A DNA stretch of 63,802 nucleotides, the filler included, from Octopus bimaculoides (taxonomy: Eukaryota): assembly GCF_001194135.2 (NCBI RefSeq). It is 6 parts of 6 records of this genome, joined end to end, with 100 filler letters (N's around TTAATTAATTAA, not from the genome) between each part and the next. Parts side by side here need not be neighbours in the genome. Positions count along the whole stretch, not along the records: positions 10,141 to 18,758 come from NC_069004.1; positions 18,859 to 39,270 come from NC_068982.1; 4 more parts are not named here. The stretch is one strand, 5' to 3'. Below, in pieces: positions 12,121-25,132 of the stretch. The notes beneath the pieces are model-generated. The model did not search any database and was not told where the DNA came from. It saw only the letters and a list, made by a program, of their open reading frames with translations. The stretch's first letter is position 1; each line of letters begins with the position of its first letter. Made by a program: the position numbers and the translations under genes.

Positions 12121-12553
12121 GCACTGTCTTCTTTTACAGCTTCTTATGCTACTATTAACAGAAGTGCAGGCAGCGCTGGATTAACCATTAAGTAAAATAA
12201 GCGCGCTTAGAGCATCAAGGGAAGGAGGGGGCACCACAGAAATGAAAATGGTTTACGGCACGAAAGAAATCACTTTAAACTTGCTAAAATAATATTCGTA
12301 ATGCCTTATCTCTACTAAGTATAGAAGCAGAAGTTTTACATAGAATTAATTTTAATAATATCATTGAAAACTTTGTAATTAAATTTAAAAAAAACGAAGG
12401 AGAAAACTTTTCAAATATAAATAAAATGTAAGTATACAAAAATAAGCATTATTCTCCATCTTACTGTAAATTTCTACCTTACTGTGAATCTCGGCTGTCC
12501 AGGAGGGCTTGCAAGTGTCCTGTTCTCTGCTTCTTTTCCAGACCCAACAACTT

Positions 12554-12584
<31 letters not shown>

Positions 12585-12595
12585 ACACACACACG

Positions 12596-12628
<33 letters not shown>

Positions 12629-12633
12629 GTATA

Positions 12634-13584
12634 TTAGGTTATTTCACATGAAATGTATTTGAAAGGTAACAGCAGGAGAACAGGACAGTGATTAGATGCA
12701 GGAGAGTCACCTTTAATACTACCCAAACTCTCCATTGCACCCTAAAAAGTCAGTGGTCACTGTATGTTAGTCTGCGATGGGAGCTATTCATTTTCGCAAG
12801 AAGGGAAAACGGTAACAACAACATCGTATCGCCAGGAAACTGATTGTATGCATGAGAATTTGAAAAAGAAGCAACCCACACTAGTGAATAGAGATGACCC
12901 AATTTTGCTCAACGACAATGTACGTCCTCATCCAATCACTGTCCTGTTCTCCTGCTGTTGTCAAAGAGTATCCATTTCTCATCACAAGTAATGATTTGAT
13001 GCTAAAATGATCTTTTTCCAGTCGAGAAAGCAATAAGGAACACACTTTGAGGCGTCTGTTTTTTTAGAATCTCGTTTAGTTGATGTGGAACAAACCTATC
13101 CGTTTTGACTTTTCTAATTTTTTACAGGTGTCCACAAACAGTTGTGCAAGATGTTTGGAGTTCTGATGCCAGTTTTCGAACCTTTGTTCTCGGATTTTGT
13201 TCAACCAAAGCATTTAATCCATCATGCCGAATAACTGATTTTGGCCTACCCTTGATTTATTTTCAAGGCTATCATCTCCTGAACGAGAGCTTTGGAACCA
13301 CCTCTGAACAGTTCTGAAGTCAATAAAACCATTACCAGGGGCTCGCCTGATATTCCGTAGAGCTTCTGCCGCAGAGTGACCCAGTTTGTGCTCATACAAG
13401 AAAATCACTCAACATGGTTTGGTTGTTATCATTTTCATAAGGCCTGTGGGTGCGAATTTTGTATACCAATATTGTTGGGAAAGAAAAAGAGTCAAGACTA
13501 AATGCAAGGTATACATAATTGAGTTTTTAAATGACTGAAATAATAAGTAATTAAAAATGCGACATTTCATATGAAACAACCTAA
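12634..13584 (-). mobile_element. Non-autonomous mariner (DD34D-type) with TIRs, TA target duplication, and an internally inverted and deleted transposase
   Basis: TIRs ta|ttaggttatttcacatgaaatg and catttcatatgaaacaacctaa|ta. Minus strand: FLYEHKLGHSAAEALRNI..RTVQRWFQ..RSGDDSLE (HTH) and ITCDEKWILFDN. Plus strand: ..PTLVNRDDPILLNDNVRPH (second catalytic Asp region). Confidence 0.9.
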
Positions 13585-13799
13585 TATATACACTTTTATG
13601 TATTCGAGTAGTATATTCTTTGTTATGACATTATAACCAGTCAAAAAGTTACTACTGCTTTCTGACAGAATATATACCATAACCAACGATAAACCGCTCG
13701 AATATATAAAAGTATAACTGCTCGAAATTTCATTTCGAGTATGATTTTTTCTGACTTATGAACATCTGACCAATAACACCATGCAATATCCCAAGCCCG

Positions 13800-14039
13800 C
13801 CATAACCAGCACTATGTTCAAAATCGATAAAGATCATCTCATTCAATCATGTCAATGCTTCCGACCCTGAATTGAAGCTGTCATTGATGCTAACGGTATA
13901 TTCATTGAAAAGGTGTGATAAAAGGATTCTCAAGATTATTTGTACCAATTTGTTTTCAAATACAGCTTTTCTTTGATGAATTACGTGTCTTTTTCTAAAT
14001 TCATATAAATGACCTCAAAAATCTGGCGCACCTTATGTA
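13800..14039 (+). mobile_element. 3' end of a maT-like (DD37D) Tc1/mariner element
   Basis: Reads approximately IDKDHLIQSCQCFRP*IEAVIDANGIFIEKV*, followed by a TIR-like end gcgcaccttatg|ta. Confidence 0.55.
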
Positions 14040-15767
14040 TAAAAAGATATACTTTTAATAGATATGCATCTGTGTGAATGCGTGTATAAATACATAGGAA
14101 CACTCACATACACACCTAGATTTTCAAACATGTGTTTTTACTTATAAAATAAATTGAAGTACTCAGTACATTTTTGTAAGGAAATATGCATGAATCATGG
14201 ACGCGTACAAGGTCTCTTTCTCTCTTTCCTTCTTTCTTTCTTTCTTTCTTTCTTTCNNNNNNNNNNNNNNNNNNNNNNNNNNNNNNNNNNNNNNNNNNNN
14301 NNNNNNNNNNNNNNNNNNNNNNNNNNNNNNNNNNNNNNNNNNNNNNNNNNNNNNNNNNNNNNNNNNNNNNNNNNNNNNNNNNNNNNNNNNNNNNNNNNNN
14401 NNNNNNNNNNNNNNNNNNNNNNNNNNNNNNNNNNNNNNNNNNNNNNNNNNNNNNNNNNNNNNNNNNNNNNNNNNNNNNNNNNNNNNNNNNNNNNNNNNNN
14501 NNNNNNNNNNNNNNNNNNNNNNNNNNNNNNNNNNNNNNNNNNNNNNNNNNNNNNNNNNNNNNNNNNNNNNNNNNNNNNNNNNNNNNNNNNNNNNNNNNNN
14601 NNNNNNNNNNNNNNNNNNNNNNNNNNNNNNNNNNNNNNNNNNNNNNNNNNNNNNNNNNNNNNNNNNNNNNNNNNNNNNNNNNNNNNNNNNNNNNNNNNNN
14701 NNNNNNNNNNNNNNNNNNNNNNNNNNNNNNNNNNNNNNNNNNNNNNNNNNNNNNNNNNNNNNNNNNNNNNNNNNNNNNNNNNNNNNNNNNNNNNNNNNNN
14801 NNNNNNNNNNNNNNNNNNNNNNNNNNNNNNNNNNNNNNNNNNNNNNNNNNNNNNNNNNNNNNNNNNNNNNNNNNNNNNNNNNNNNNNNNNNNNNNNNNNN
14901 NNNNNNNNNNNNNNNNNNNNNNNNNNNNNNNNNNNNNNNNNNNNNNNNNNNNNNNNNNNNNNNNNNNNNNNNNNNNNNNNNNNNNNNNNNNNNNNNNNNN
15001 NNNNNNNGCTCAAGGACACAATGCGTCGCCGGGAATTGAACTAACGACCTTAGGATCGTGAACCGACTGCCCTAACCACTAAGCCACGCACCTTTACGTA
15101 CACACACACGCACGCACACACACGCACACACACACACACGCACGCACACACACACACACACACACATATGTATATATCACAATAATAATAAAAGGGTAAA
15201 ATTAATTAACTATTTAATCAATTAATTAATTAATAATTAATAACTTTACCAAGTAGATCGGTACGTTAAAATAACCTTTTAAGGTAAAATATTACAAATA
15301 TTCTATAATTATAAACATAATTATGATCAGGGGTCAGCTAATTGCTTCATCATGCACCAAATTTAGAAATAGGAGTTAAAATGCCTTTTCTACTACCATA
15401 AAGATCTTCCAGACAGTAACACACTTTTTTACGTAGGCAAAACACCACCTTTAGACGAATAAATCGACTCCAGGACTTATTATTTGTAAGTCTAGTACTT
15501 ATTCTATCGATCTCTTTTTGCCGAACCGTAAACATAGGTTGTCAAGCGATGGTGGTGGTGGTGGGGAAACCAACACAGATACAAATAACAAACACATGTA
15601 TGTATATACATATATATATACGACGGGCTTCTTTCAGTTTCCGTCTACCAAATCCACTCACAAGGCTTTGGTCGACCGGAGGCTATAGTAGAAGACACTT
15701 GCCCAAAGTGCTACGCAGTGGGACTGAACCCGGAACCATGTGGTTGGTAAACAAGCTTCTTATCACA

Positions 15768-15805
<38 letters not shown>

Positions 15806-16031
15806 NNNNNNNNNNNNNNNNNNNNNNNNNNNNNNNNNNNNNNNNNNNNNNNNNNNNNNNNNNNNNNNNNNNNNNNNNNNNNNNNNNNNNNNNNNNNNNN
15901 NNNNNNNNNNNNNNNNNNNNNNNNNNNNNNNNNNNNNNNNNNNNNNNNNNNNNNNNNNNNNNNNNNNNNNNNNNNNNNNNNNNNNNNNNNNNNNNNNNNN
16001 NNNNNNNNNNNNNNNNNNNNNNNNNNNNNNN

Positions 16032-16073
<42 letters not shown>

Positions 16074-16759
16074 TACATACATACATATGTCTATATAAAC
16101 GTACACACACACACACAAACACACGCACACACACAAACACACGCACACACATTCATTTCTTGCATGTGAAGATTATCAATATTAATTCTGTTTTCTTTAT
16201 ATACAGTGCGGAAACGCAGCCGACTACTTTTCCATTTAACAAAATTTAACTGATTCCTAAACACACAGAGTCGATATGCATACGTGAAATGAGATCTCCA
16301 CTTTACATTAAAAGGAAATACCTCGACGTGCTTTATTTTTTTCGCTCGTTGAAGAGGTGCAACTTAAAATGTTTTAACATTTCGTGTTAAGTTTAAAATG
16401 TTGTCTTTATTTCATTCAGGCATCTTTGTTAAATTTAATTCCACCCTCCCTACCGACACATATTCAATAAATGCATAAAGTATGTTTTGGTCATTATCAT
16501 TAAACCATGATTTCATTTCCACGATACATTTTTCAAGATTACGATCATAAGTAGACATGCGATGACAGATTTTAGCAATTCCACCCTGTAGCACCTCCGT
16601 TGCATTTTTCTCTTAAGAACTCTTGTTTCTTTCTTTGAGCGAGAATCATGTGTCTCGGATGATTCCTTTGAGAGTTGTACCTAACATGTCATTGTATTTC
16701 CGAACATTTCAAAGTTTCCTTTAATTTTTCTGTCAGTTAAAGTTTCCTGTGTTGCAGTA

Positions 16760-16965
16760 ACCATTCTATCACCATTCTACCACCATTCTACCACCATTCT
16801 ACTACCATTCTACCACCATTCTACTATCATTCTACCACCATCTACCACCATTCTGCCACCATTCTACCACAATCTACCACCATTCTACTACTATCTACTA
16901 CCAATCTACCGCCATATACTACCATTCTACCACCATTCACCACCATTCTACCACCATCTACAATC
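16760..16965. repeat. Minisatellite, ~11-bp unit CTACCACCATT
   Basis: About 18 slightly degenerate tandem copies. Confidence 0.9.
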
Positions 16966-17231
16966 AATTCTTAAAGGTATTTTCATTCGTGTGATCTTTT
17001 ATCTTTTATCATCTACTTGTTTCAGTGATTGAACAGCGGTCATGCTGGGGCACCGCCTTGATATCGTATGTTTTTTTGTCGTTTTTTTATCGCTTATTGC
17101 ATCAATCACTTTTTCCAAACTATTAAGTACCGGAGACGGAAATAAACCACCGGTTGTCAAGTGATGGTGTGGAGACAAACAATCATAAGGAAACATACAC
17201 ATATACATGTATGTATGTATTATGTATATCT

Positions 17232-17272
<41 letters not shown>

Positions 17273-17389
17273 AAGAAGGGGGAAAAAGAGAGAAAATAGG
17301 AAAGCTTCTGACAATGGCAGAAAGTTTCACATTGTCAGAAGCTTTCTTATCTTCTCTCTCGTTTCCTCTTCTTCGATATTATTGCAACG

Positions 17390-17429
<40 letters not shown>

Positions 17430-17459
17430 ATATAATATGTGACAATTATTCGGTTGCCA

Positions 17460-17522
17460 TAATAAAACTCCGAGTTTCGGATGTCAAGGTGGAAAACTGG
17501 TTCGGCATCTCGTCAGTTATTA
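17460..17522 (-). ncRNA. Type I hammerhead ribozyme motif (Penelope-associated type)
   Basis: Minus strand: taataa CTGACGA GATG ccgaaccagttttccaccttga CATC c GAAA CTC g GAG TT ttatta. 6-bp stem I, intact CUGANGA and GAAA cores, GAUG/CAUC stem II with one extra C, stem III CUC/GAG with a near-palindromic 1-nt loop, cleavage triplet GUU. Confidence 0.65.
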
Positions 17523-17657
17523 AAACTTTCAGATAGATTCNNNNNNNNNNNNNNNNNNNNNNNNNNNNNNNNNNNNNNNNNNNNNNNNNNNNNNNNNNNN
17601 NNNNNNNNNNNNNNNNNNNNNNNNNNNNNNNNNNNNNNNNNNNNNNNNNNNNNNNNN

Positions 17658-17701
<44 letters not shown>

Positions 17702-17739
17702 GCTTCAAATGCACAGAAAACAAAAGACAGATACTCGTT

Positions 17740-18581
17740 AATTATCATACCAAACACTTTTCACGGGCGTTGCGTACTTTACAAGAGTGATACGAAGCCT
17801 GACATTTCTGAATGTCATAGGAGTAAGCCAAGGATAAAACATAAACCGTTTACTATTGAAGTCTTTCAAACTAGACCCCTTGTCGAATTTATTTGATTTA
17901 CTTTGTGTCAAACTAGGATGAAGATTTGCTCCAGTTTCAGTGATATACTTCTGCGGTAACAATGGAACCAATGGAACACATTCACTTCAAAGTTATGTTC
18001 AGCACTTGTAATATTTTCAGACATAGAAGAACCAGACTTCGAGGAGAGGAATGGGATGTATTTTGGGATGTCCGATGCGTCTCTGTTAACAGAGCTGTTA
18101 TAAGCAATAGTTAATGAAACAATAGGGTTTATTATTATATCACTTTTGTCATCAACACTCTCTACTTTATATATATAAGAAGGCCTTATGTACGGTAGCA
18201 GGATTCGGGTCCTTGTCATAACTCTGGCAAGCGACAGAAATGATTGGCGGATAATTTCTACAACTTTTCCAGCCCCAATTTCTGCTCTCTTAATTCCCTC
18301 GATTATCATCCCATGGATTACTATGCATGGGGTACAGTTGAGAAAGACACCAACAGCTCAGCCTGCAGCATCAAGGCAAGTTCGAATATCTTCTCAGGGA
18401 CACAGTAAGGAACGCATGAGCCAGGTTCCGGAGCTGTCTTGAGGCCGTGGTAGAAGCTTAATGCAGCTACTTTGAATAAACTCTCCCAGCCATAATTTAG
18501 TCCATATTTTCTGATTAATTTTTTAATATGGTGTTTTCCTTTCCTTTTATACAAACAGTCAAATTTAGCCCGAACACCCTG
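17740..18581 (+). mobile_element. Decayed maT-like (DD37D) Tc1/mariner transposase fragment with right TIR
   Basis: Frameshifted motifs QDSGPCHNSGKRQK*LADNF, PMDYYAWGTVEKDTN and ACARFRSCLEAVVEA; ends aaatttagcccgaacaccctg|ta. The 5' boundary is approximate. Confidence 0.8.
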
Positions 18582-18642
18582 TACATATGCGTGCGTGTGT
18601 CTACAGATCTAAATTGATCCAGCGGTTTGACCGTGCATAGAG

Positions 18643-18686
<44 letters not shown>

Positions 18687-19854
18687 TGTATAGATAAAGG
18701 TAGGTAAGGCCGATTTACGGGATTACCCTGCGTTTCACGTCCACAGAGCGCATAGCTTNNNNNNNNNNNNNNNNNNNNNNNNNNNNNNNNNNNNNNNNNN
18801 NNTTAATTAATTAANNNNNNNNNNNNNNNNNNNNNNNNNNNNNNNNNNNNNNNNNNNNCCCCCCACACACGTACCCCCCACACACAGATGGTGTTTTCCA
18901 TTATTTTTCCAATATATTTTGCTCTATGCTTAGTGATATTTCGTCTGTCTTTACGTTCTGAGTTCAAATTCCACCGAGGTCGACTTTGCCTTTCCTCCTT
19001 TCGAGGTCGATAAATTAAGTATCAGTTGTGTACTGGGGTCAATCTAACAGACTGGCCCCCCCCCCCAAATTTCAGGCCTTGTGCTTAGAGAAGAAAAGAA
19101 TATATTTTGTTCTATTCATCAGTTATAGCCTAGTTGAGTGTGATGGATGTGACAATACACAATGATATGAATTCATACTTAGGAAGTGGTTGCCTAATGC
19201 TTATAAATCACACATGAAAATGTTACACACCACCCATATAATAATAGATATCTATTTTCTGTATCTTATTTCTTTATTTCATATTTTTATATACTAGCAA
19301 GTGTGTATGTATATTTAAGTAGGGTGTATGATTACGAGGCCATATTACAGATGTGTGTTTTCACCTAATTAGGAGGAACATGTTATGGCATGCTATTAAT
19401 CTGCCTGTCTCAAATTCTTTGACATAATATTTCAAGGAGAAAATATTGTAACTGTTATGAATCAAATTTGTTTTAAACATTCAAATTACAAAGAAATATT
19501 TTGAAATAATTTTGATACATTCACAAATTCAAAATATTTTAGTTTCGTTTAGGAATTAGTGAAAGTGATGATGACGCTAGCACAGTTAATCTGTAAAATA
19601 CAAAAATATATGTGTGTATTTGTGTTTGAATGTGTGTGTATATATATAAAGTTCAAATTTATAGGGAAACAAAGACGAAGGCAGGTGTAGGAACAAAAAA
19701 AAAGTTTATTAGTTTGATGGTCGAGTAAAATGGAAAAGTCTTTCATGTTTCGAGCCCATGCTTTTTGATAGAAAGTAATAAGAGAAAATAAATAGAGAGA
19801 GAATGGGGAGAGAGAGAGAGGGAGAGAGAGAGAGAGAGAGTGAGAGAGAGAGAT

Positions 19855-19898
<44 letters not shown>

Positions 19899-19945
19899 TG
19901 AAAAAGTAACGTGTTGAGTTCAGTGGTCGAACATGGCGAATATAA

Positions 19946-20009
<64 letters not shown>

Positions 20010-20519
20010 GCAATAACAACAGATGGATTTTGGTTTCAGATGTTTCAGATGTGTTTTTCTTTATTGATGAACAGGAGTGTTACATCATACAAACAAAAGA
20101 GAAAAACGTTTTCAACAGGTGAATACAAGTAACTATTAAAACTTCTCAACAACAAGTATATAGTGTCAGGTGACTCTACCAACCCAAATTTTGTGAGAAC
20201 CTTGATGCTTTCACTTATTAAGTACCTGATTTTCTTGAATCTTGGAAATTATATACAAGCATATACATATGAGGTGTTATCAAAAAGTAAATAGGTTATT
20301 TTTTTTATTAAACATAACTAGTCCAGGAAGGGCCTCCAGCCATAGAAACCATGCCAAATCAGACTGGAGCCTGGTGCAACCCCTCAGCTTATCAGTTTCA
20401 ATAAAACCATCTAACCCATGCCAACATGGAAAGCAGATGTTAAATGATGATGATGCTGATATGATGCACGAATGCATACATACATTGATTTGGACACGTG
20501 ATGAGTATGAATGAAGACA

Positions 20520-20700
20520 GGTGTATAAAGAAGTACTAATTGCTTAAAATAGATGGCACCTGTGGAACAGGGAGACTCAGGAAGACATGGGATGAAGTAG
20601 TGAGGACTAGTAGTCTCAAGCTGTTGAACCTCACAGAGGAGATAACAATGGACCAAGATGTCTGGCAATATGAGATTCTTGAGAAGACCTGCCCACTTCA
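20520..20700 (+). mobile_element. RTE-clade LINE ORF2 C-terminal remnant
   Basis: Reads GTCGTGRLRKTWDEVVR...LNLTEEITMDQDVWQY.ILEKT, matching the RGRP.KTW...M..DR..WR end of RTE ORFs. Confidence 0.7.
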
Positions 20701-21451
20701 GTGAAACTGAGCTTTGGAAGCACTGTGAATTCCACCCACATGTAGCATTAAATTTTTCACACACCCTACCCAAATAAACCAAACTACATCTCCTCTATTC
20801 CTCTTCCTCTTTATGCTTATCTCTCCCTCTTCACACCTGCAACCCAATCCTGTCCTCCCGCCCTTCCAACTGTATCATTGCTATCTTGTAGTCCCTCACT
20901 TCTTGCATTCATGTGAACATCCTATTCACACACCCTGGGCAATCATCTACCATCTCATTTATATTCGCATCCTGTACATCATCACATCCTGGCACACCAT
21001 GAACCATCTCTCTTGCACTCTCTCTCTCTCTCTCTCTCTTGCTCTTTCTCACTCTCTCGTTTTAACTTTCTCCCTTGTTCACACTCTCTCACATTCTCAT
21101 TCTCTTCCTCTCTCTCTCCCTTGCTCTACAGCAAGAAACCTGTTTCTCTCTTTCTATCATACTCTAACCTCTCATCACATGGCACAAAGCCACCCTACTC
21201 TCAAAGGATCTTCATTGGTGCTGGTGCCACATAAAAAGCACTGAAACTGCTCTGTAAAGTCATTGGTGTTAGGAAGGGTGTCCAGCTATAAAAACCATGC
21301 TGAAACAGATAGTGAGGCCTGGTGCAGTCCTCTGGTCTTGCCAACACCTGTCAAACTGTCCAACTTATGCCAGCATGGAAGACAGACGTTAAATGATGAT
21401 GTTGATGATATACACTCATGTTCACTAGTAGACACTCTAGGTTGTGTGTGT

Positions 21452-22263
21452 GGGTGCTACTTTGGTATGTGATCTACGTAGCCAATGTGATCTATATGTG
21501 TCAAATTCTACTCTAGTATGTGATCTACATGTTTCATTTATTCATTATGGCTTAAATAAAACATTTATTTATAAAAATTAAAATGAAGCAGATTTGAAAC
21601 AAGTTTACTAATTTTATGGGTGAATCAAATGAATGAGTCGAATGAATGGGGGGAATCAAATGAACGGGCGAATCGAATGAATGGGCAAATTGAACGAGCA
21701 GGTGAATCAAACAAATGACCAAATTGAATGAATGGGTGAATCAAACAAATGGGTGAATCAAATGAATGAACGAATTGAACAAATGGGTGAATTGTACAAA
21801 TGGGCGAATCGAACGAATGGGTGAATTGAATGAATGGGCAAATTGAACAAATTGGTGAATCGAACAAACGGATGAATCAAATGAATAGGCAAATTAAGCA
21901 AACAGGTGAATCGAACAAATGGGTGAATTGAACAAACGTTCAAATCGAATGAATGGGCGAATCGAATGAACGGGCAAATCAAAAGAATGGGCGAATTGAA
22001 TGAACATCAGCTAGAAAAGTTAAAAATAGACAATTAAAATTTTCATACATTTTATGTATTTATTAAAAAGAAATTAGAATGAAGCAAATTTGAAACAAAC
22101 TTATGCTTCATACTCTCTAACGAGACATTCTCTCAAAACCAATACAGGTGTTTTCTTTGTTCTTGATAAGTATAACTTTTCTTGTTGTAGATCACAATAT
22201 AAAGTGTAGAATGCATACCAAAGCAGTTTCATGACACGTAGAACACATACCAAAGTAGCACTG
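21452..22263. mobile_element. Non-autonomous DNA transposon (MITE-like) with 26-bp TIRs enclosing a minisatellite
   Basis: gtgctactttggtatgtgatctacgt (21454) vs acgtagaacacataccaaagtagcac(tg) (22236), 1 mismatch; internal direct repeat aatgaagca.atttgaaacaa at ~21582 and ~22078. Confidence 0.75.
21618..22008. repeat. Minisatellite, ~14-17 bp unit (GAATGGG(T/C)GAATC(A/G)AA(T/C))
   Basis: More than 20 degenerate tandem copies, no unique spacers. Confidence 0.9.
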
Positions 22264-22787
22264 TGTGTGTGTATTTGCCATGTCACTGATCCTCAATTCT
22301 TTTGATGGAGAAAGTAGAAGTGATGTCGTAACATACTGCATGTCTTGAGCATTCTTACTATCTGGCAGACCCAAGTGAAAAACCGACCAGCATGAAGAAA
22401 GCTTATCAAGTCATGCCAAAATCATGAAGGGTCATAGTCACAGCATCTGACTGCAGATAATATATATTTATTAGGTTGTCAGATAAATTATTTTATTTCA
22501 TTTTTTTACTTGGCACTCCAATGTCATACATCTGAAAACAGGTAAAATTTATTTAAATTTCAAAAACGATAAACAAGTTTTGGAAGAAGAACAAAACTGC
22601 AGCCCCCACCCCACCCCCACCCCTAAAAAAAAAAAACAAAGAATAAAACAAAAATGCATTTAAGTCTATGACAGAAATCTTTTTTATGTTAATTCAAATA
22701 ACATTGTAAAGGATTAAGATTAGTGTAAAAAAACAATTGAACATATTCATCTCACAATACAACATACGTATGTTTATATATATGTAT

Positions 22788-22820
<33 letters not shown>

Positions 22821-23152
22821 TTGTTTATTGAAACCTGGTGTTTGCCTCATGACTTGAGTATCATACCATCATGATCTTCAAAAGTGATAAGATCAATGTT
22901 CAGTTTCAGCCTCTCCCATTCATTTGATACAGTTCAAAGTTCATATCTATCTACTTATCTAATTATCTCATCTGTCTGTCTGTCTGTCTATCTAGAGGAT
23001 TAAGACTCCTGTCAGTTTGCTGATTTTGAGAAGACACGTCGAGGTTGTCCTTGCATACAGGCATGACCCCAACATCCTTCTCCAGTTGAGAATTTCTAAC
23101 CTTGTGGGATCATGGGCGCTGGTGCCATGTAAATGCACCCATATATATATAT

Positions 23153-23197
<45 letters not shown>

Positions 23198-23200
23198 CGT

Positions 23201-23288
<88 letters not shown>

Positions 23289-23704
23289 CATCATCATCAT
23301 CGTTTAATGTCCGCTTTCCATGCTGGCATGGTTTGGACGATTTGACTGAGGACTGGTGAAACCGGATGGTAACACCAGGCTCCAATCTGATTTCGCAGAG
23401 TTTCTACAGCTGGATGCCCTTCCTAACGCCACCCACACATATATATATATATATATACACACAAGTTAATTTGAGGGAGTTATATCCTCATTAGAGATTA
23501 TATAATCCAAGATATTCCACAGGTTAATCCCTATCATATATTGTGAAAGTCATTGGTGTATGTTAGAGATTATTGAAATTATATATTATTAAAAAAAAAA
23601 AAATTAGAATTAATTATACAGAAATATCTCGCGTAATAAAATAAACAATTTATATATTAAATTAATAATTATATATATATATATATATATATATAATTAT
23701 ATTA

Positions 23705-25087
23705 AGGGAAAGTTGAAACCTGACCTATCTCCTCCAGACTGAATTAATGTCTAAGCATTATGAAGTTGCTGAGAAAAACTCCATAAATACATGTGATTGA
23801 AAGCAGGCTAATGAGAGGATATTTAAAAAGACTCCACATTAATTGCAAATTATCTAATTTCAAGATTAAAATCTTAAATGGATTTTCTTCTACCATCAGC
23901 GCAATATATGTAAAAATATATGAACAAGTCTTAATACATATCCATAACAAAGTGAGTTTGCATGTCTGTATCCGAACACTTGCAAGTATAGATTCGTAAA
24001 AGTCAGATTAAAAACTTCTCACGATGATCACATGCATTTATATCAAAATATTCTTTTTAAATAACTTCTCACTAGGCCACTTTCAATCACATGTATTTAT
24101 GAGGTTTTTCTTAGTAGCTTCATAATGTTTAGACATTAATTCAGTACGGAGGAGACATGTCATCTTTTGACTGTTCTCACTTGATATAATTATATATGGA
24201 TATATATCATCATCATCGTTTAACGTCCACTTTCCATGCTAGCATGGGTTGGACGATTTAACTGAGGACTAGTGAACCGAATGGCTGCACCAGGCTCCAA
24301 TCTGATCTGGCAGAGTTTCTACAGCTGGATGCCCTTCCTAACGCCAACCACTCTGAGAGTGTAGTGGGTGCTTTTACGTGCCACCGGCATGAGGGCCAGT
24401 CATGTGGTACTGGCAACGGCCATGCTCAAAATGGGGTTTTTTACGTGCCACCTGCACAGGAGCTAGTCTAGCGGTACTGGCAACGACCTTGCTCGAATGA
24501 TTTTCTAACGTGCCAGTAAGGCGACGCTGGTAATGATCATGCTCAAATGGTGCTATTTACGGACCACTAGCATGGAAGCCAGATATATAATAATTAATTT
24601 AATATATAAATTGCATGTTTCCATGCCGACTACCTGATAATTAACATTAACGTGATTTTTATCCTTATTTTATGAATATAAATAAAATATTAGTATAATA
24701 TTTTTATTCCTCATCAAAAACCCGCATTTTCTGCGGTCCTATTTTGATATAAATTCATGTGGTCGTCATGAGAAGTTTTTAATCTGACTTTTTCAAATCT
24801 ATACTTGCAAGTGTTCATATATAGACGTGCAAACTCGCTTTGTTATGGATATTTATTAACACTTTTGCGTATATTTTTACATATATTGCGCTATTGATAG
24901 AAGAAAATCCATTTAAGATTTTAATCTTGAAATTAGCTAATTCACAATTAATGTGGAGTCTTTTTAAATAGCTTCTCATTGGCCAGCTTTCAATCTCATG
25001 TATTTATGGAGTCTTTCTCGGTAGCATCGTAATGTTTAGGCATTAATTCAGTCTGGAAGAGACATGTCATATTTCGACTTTCTCCCT
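23705..25087. mobile_element. Foldback-type DNA element with ~345-bp inverted arms, TA-flanked, interrupted by an RTE-type repeat
   Basis: 23705-24050 is the diverged reverse complement of 24740-25087; termini ta|agggaaagttgaaa and ttcgacttttctccct|ta; an extra right-end copy at 24062-24183. Confidence 0.8.

Positions 25088-25132
<45 letters not shown>

Noticed and set aside
16412-16730. Protein-like minus-strand ORF (MLQGGIAKICHR...)
   Set aside because: No recognisable motif, no splice signals that fit, and neighbouring frames contain stops; probably an unclassified transposon relic
17908-18554. ORFs that initially suggested an endogenous viral element
   Set aside because: They are antisense readings of a decayed Tc1/mariner transposase
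20225-20241. Possible 15-nt microexon (ttccaag|attcaagaaaatcag|gtactt)
   Set aside because: Moderate splice signals only and no gene context; within chance expectation
21618-22008. Regular short repeats superficially like a CRISPR array
   Set aside because: Eukaryotic context, contiguous degenerate units, no unique spacers, no cas genes
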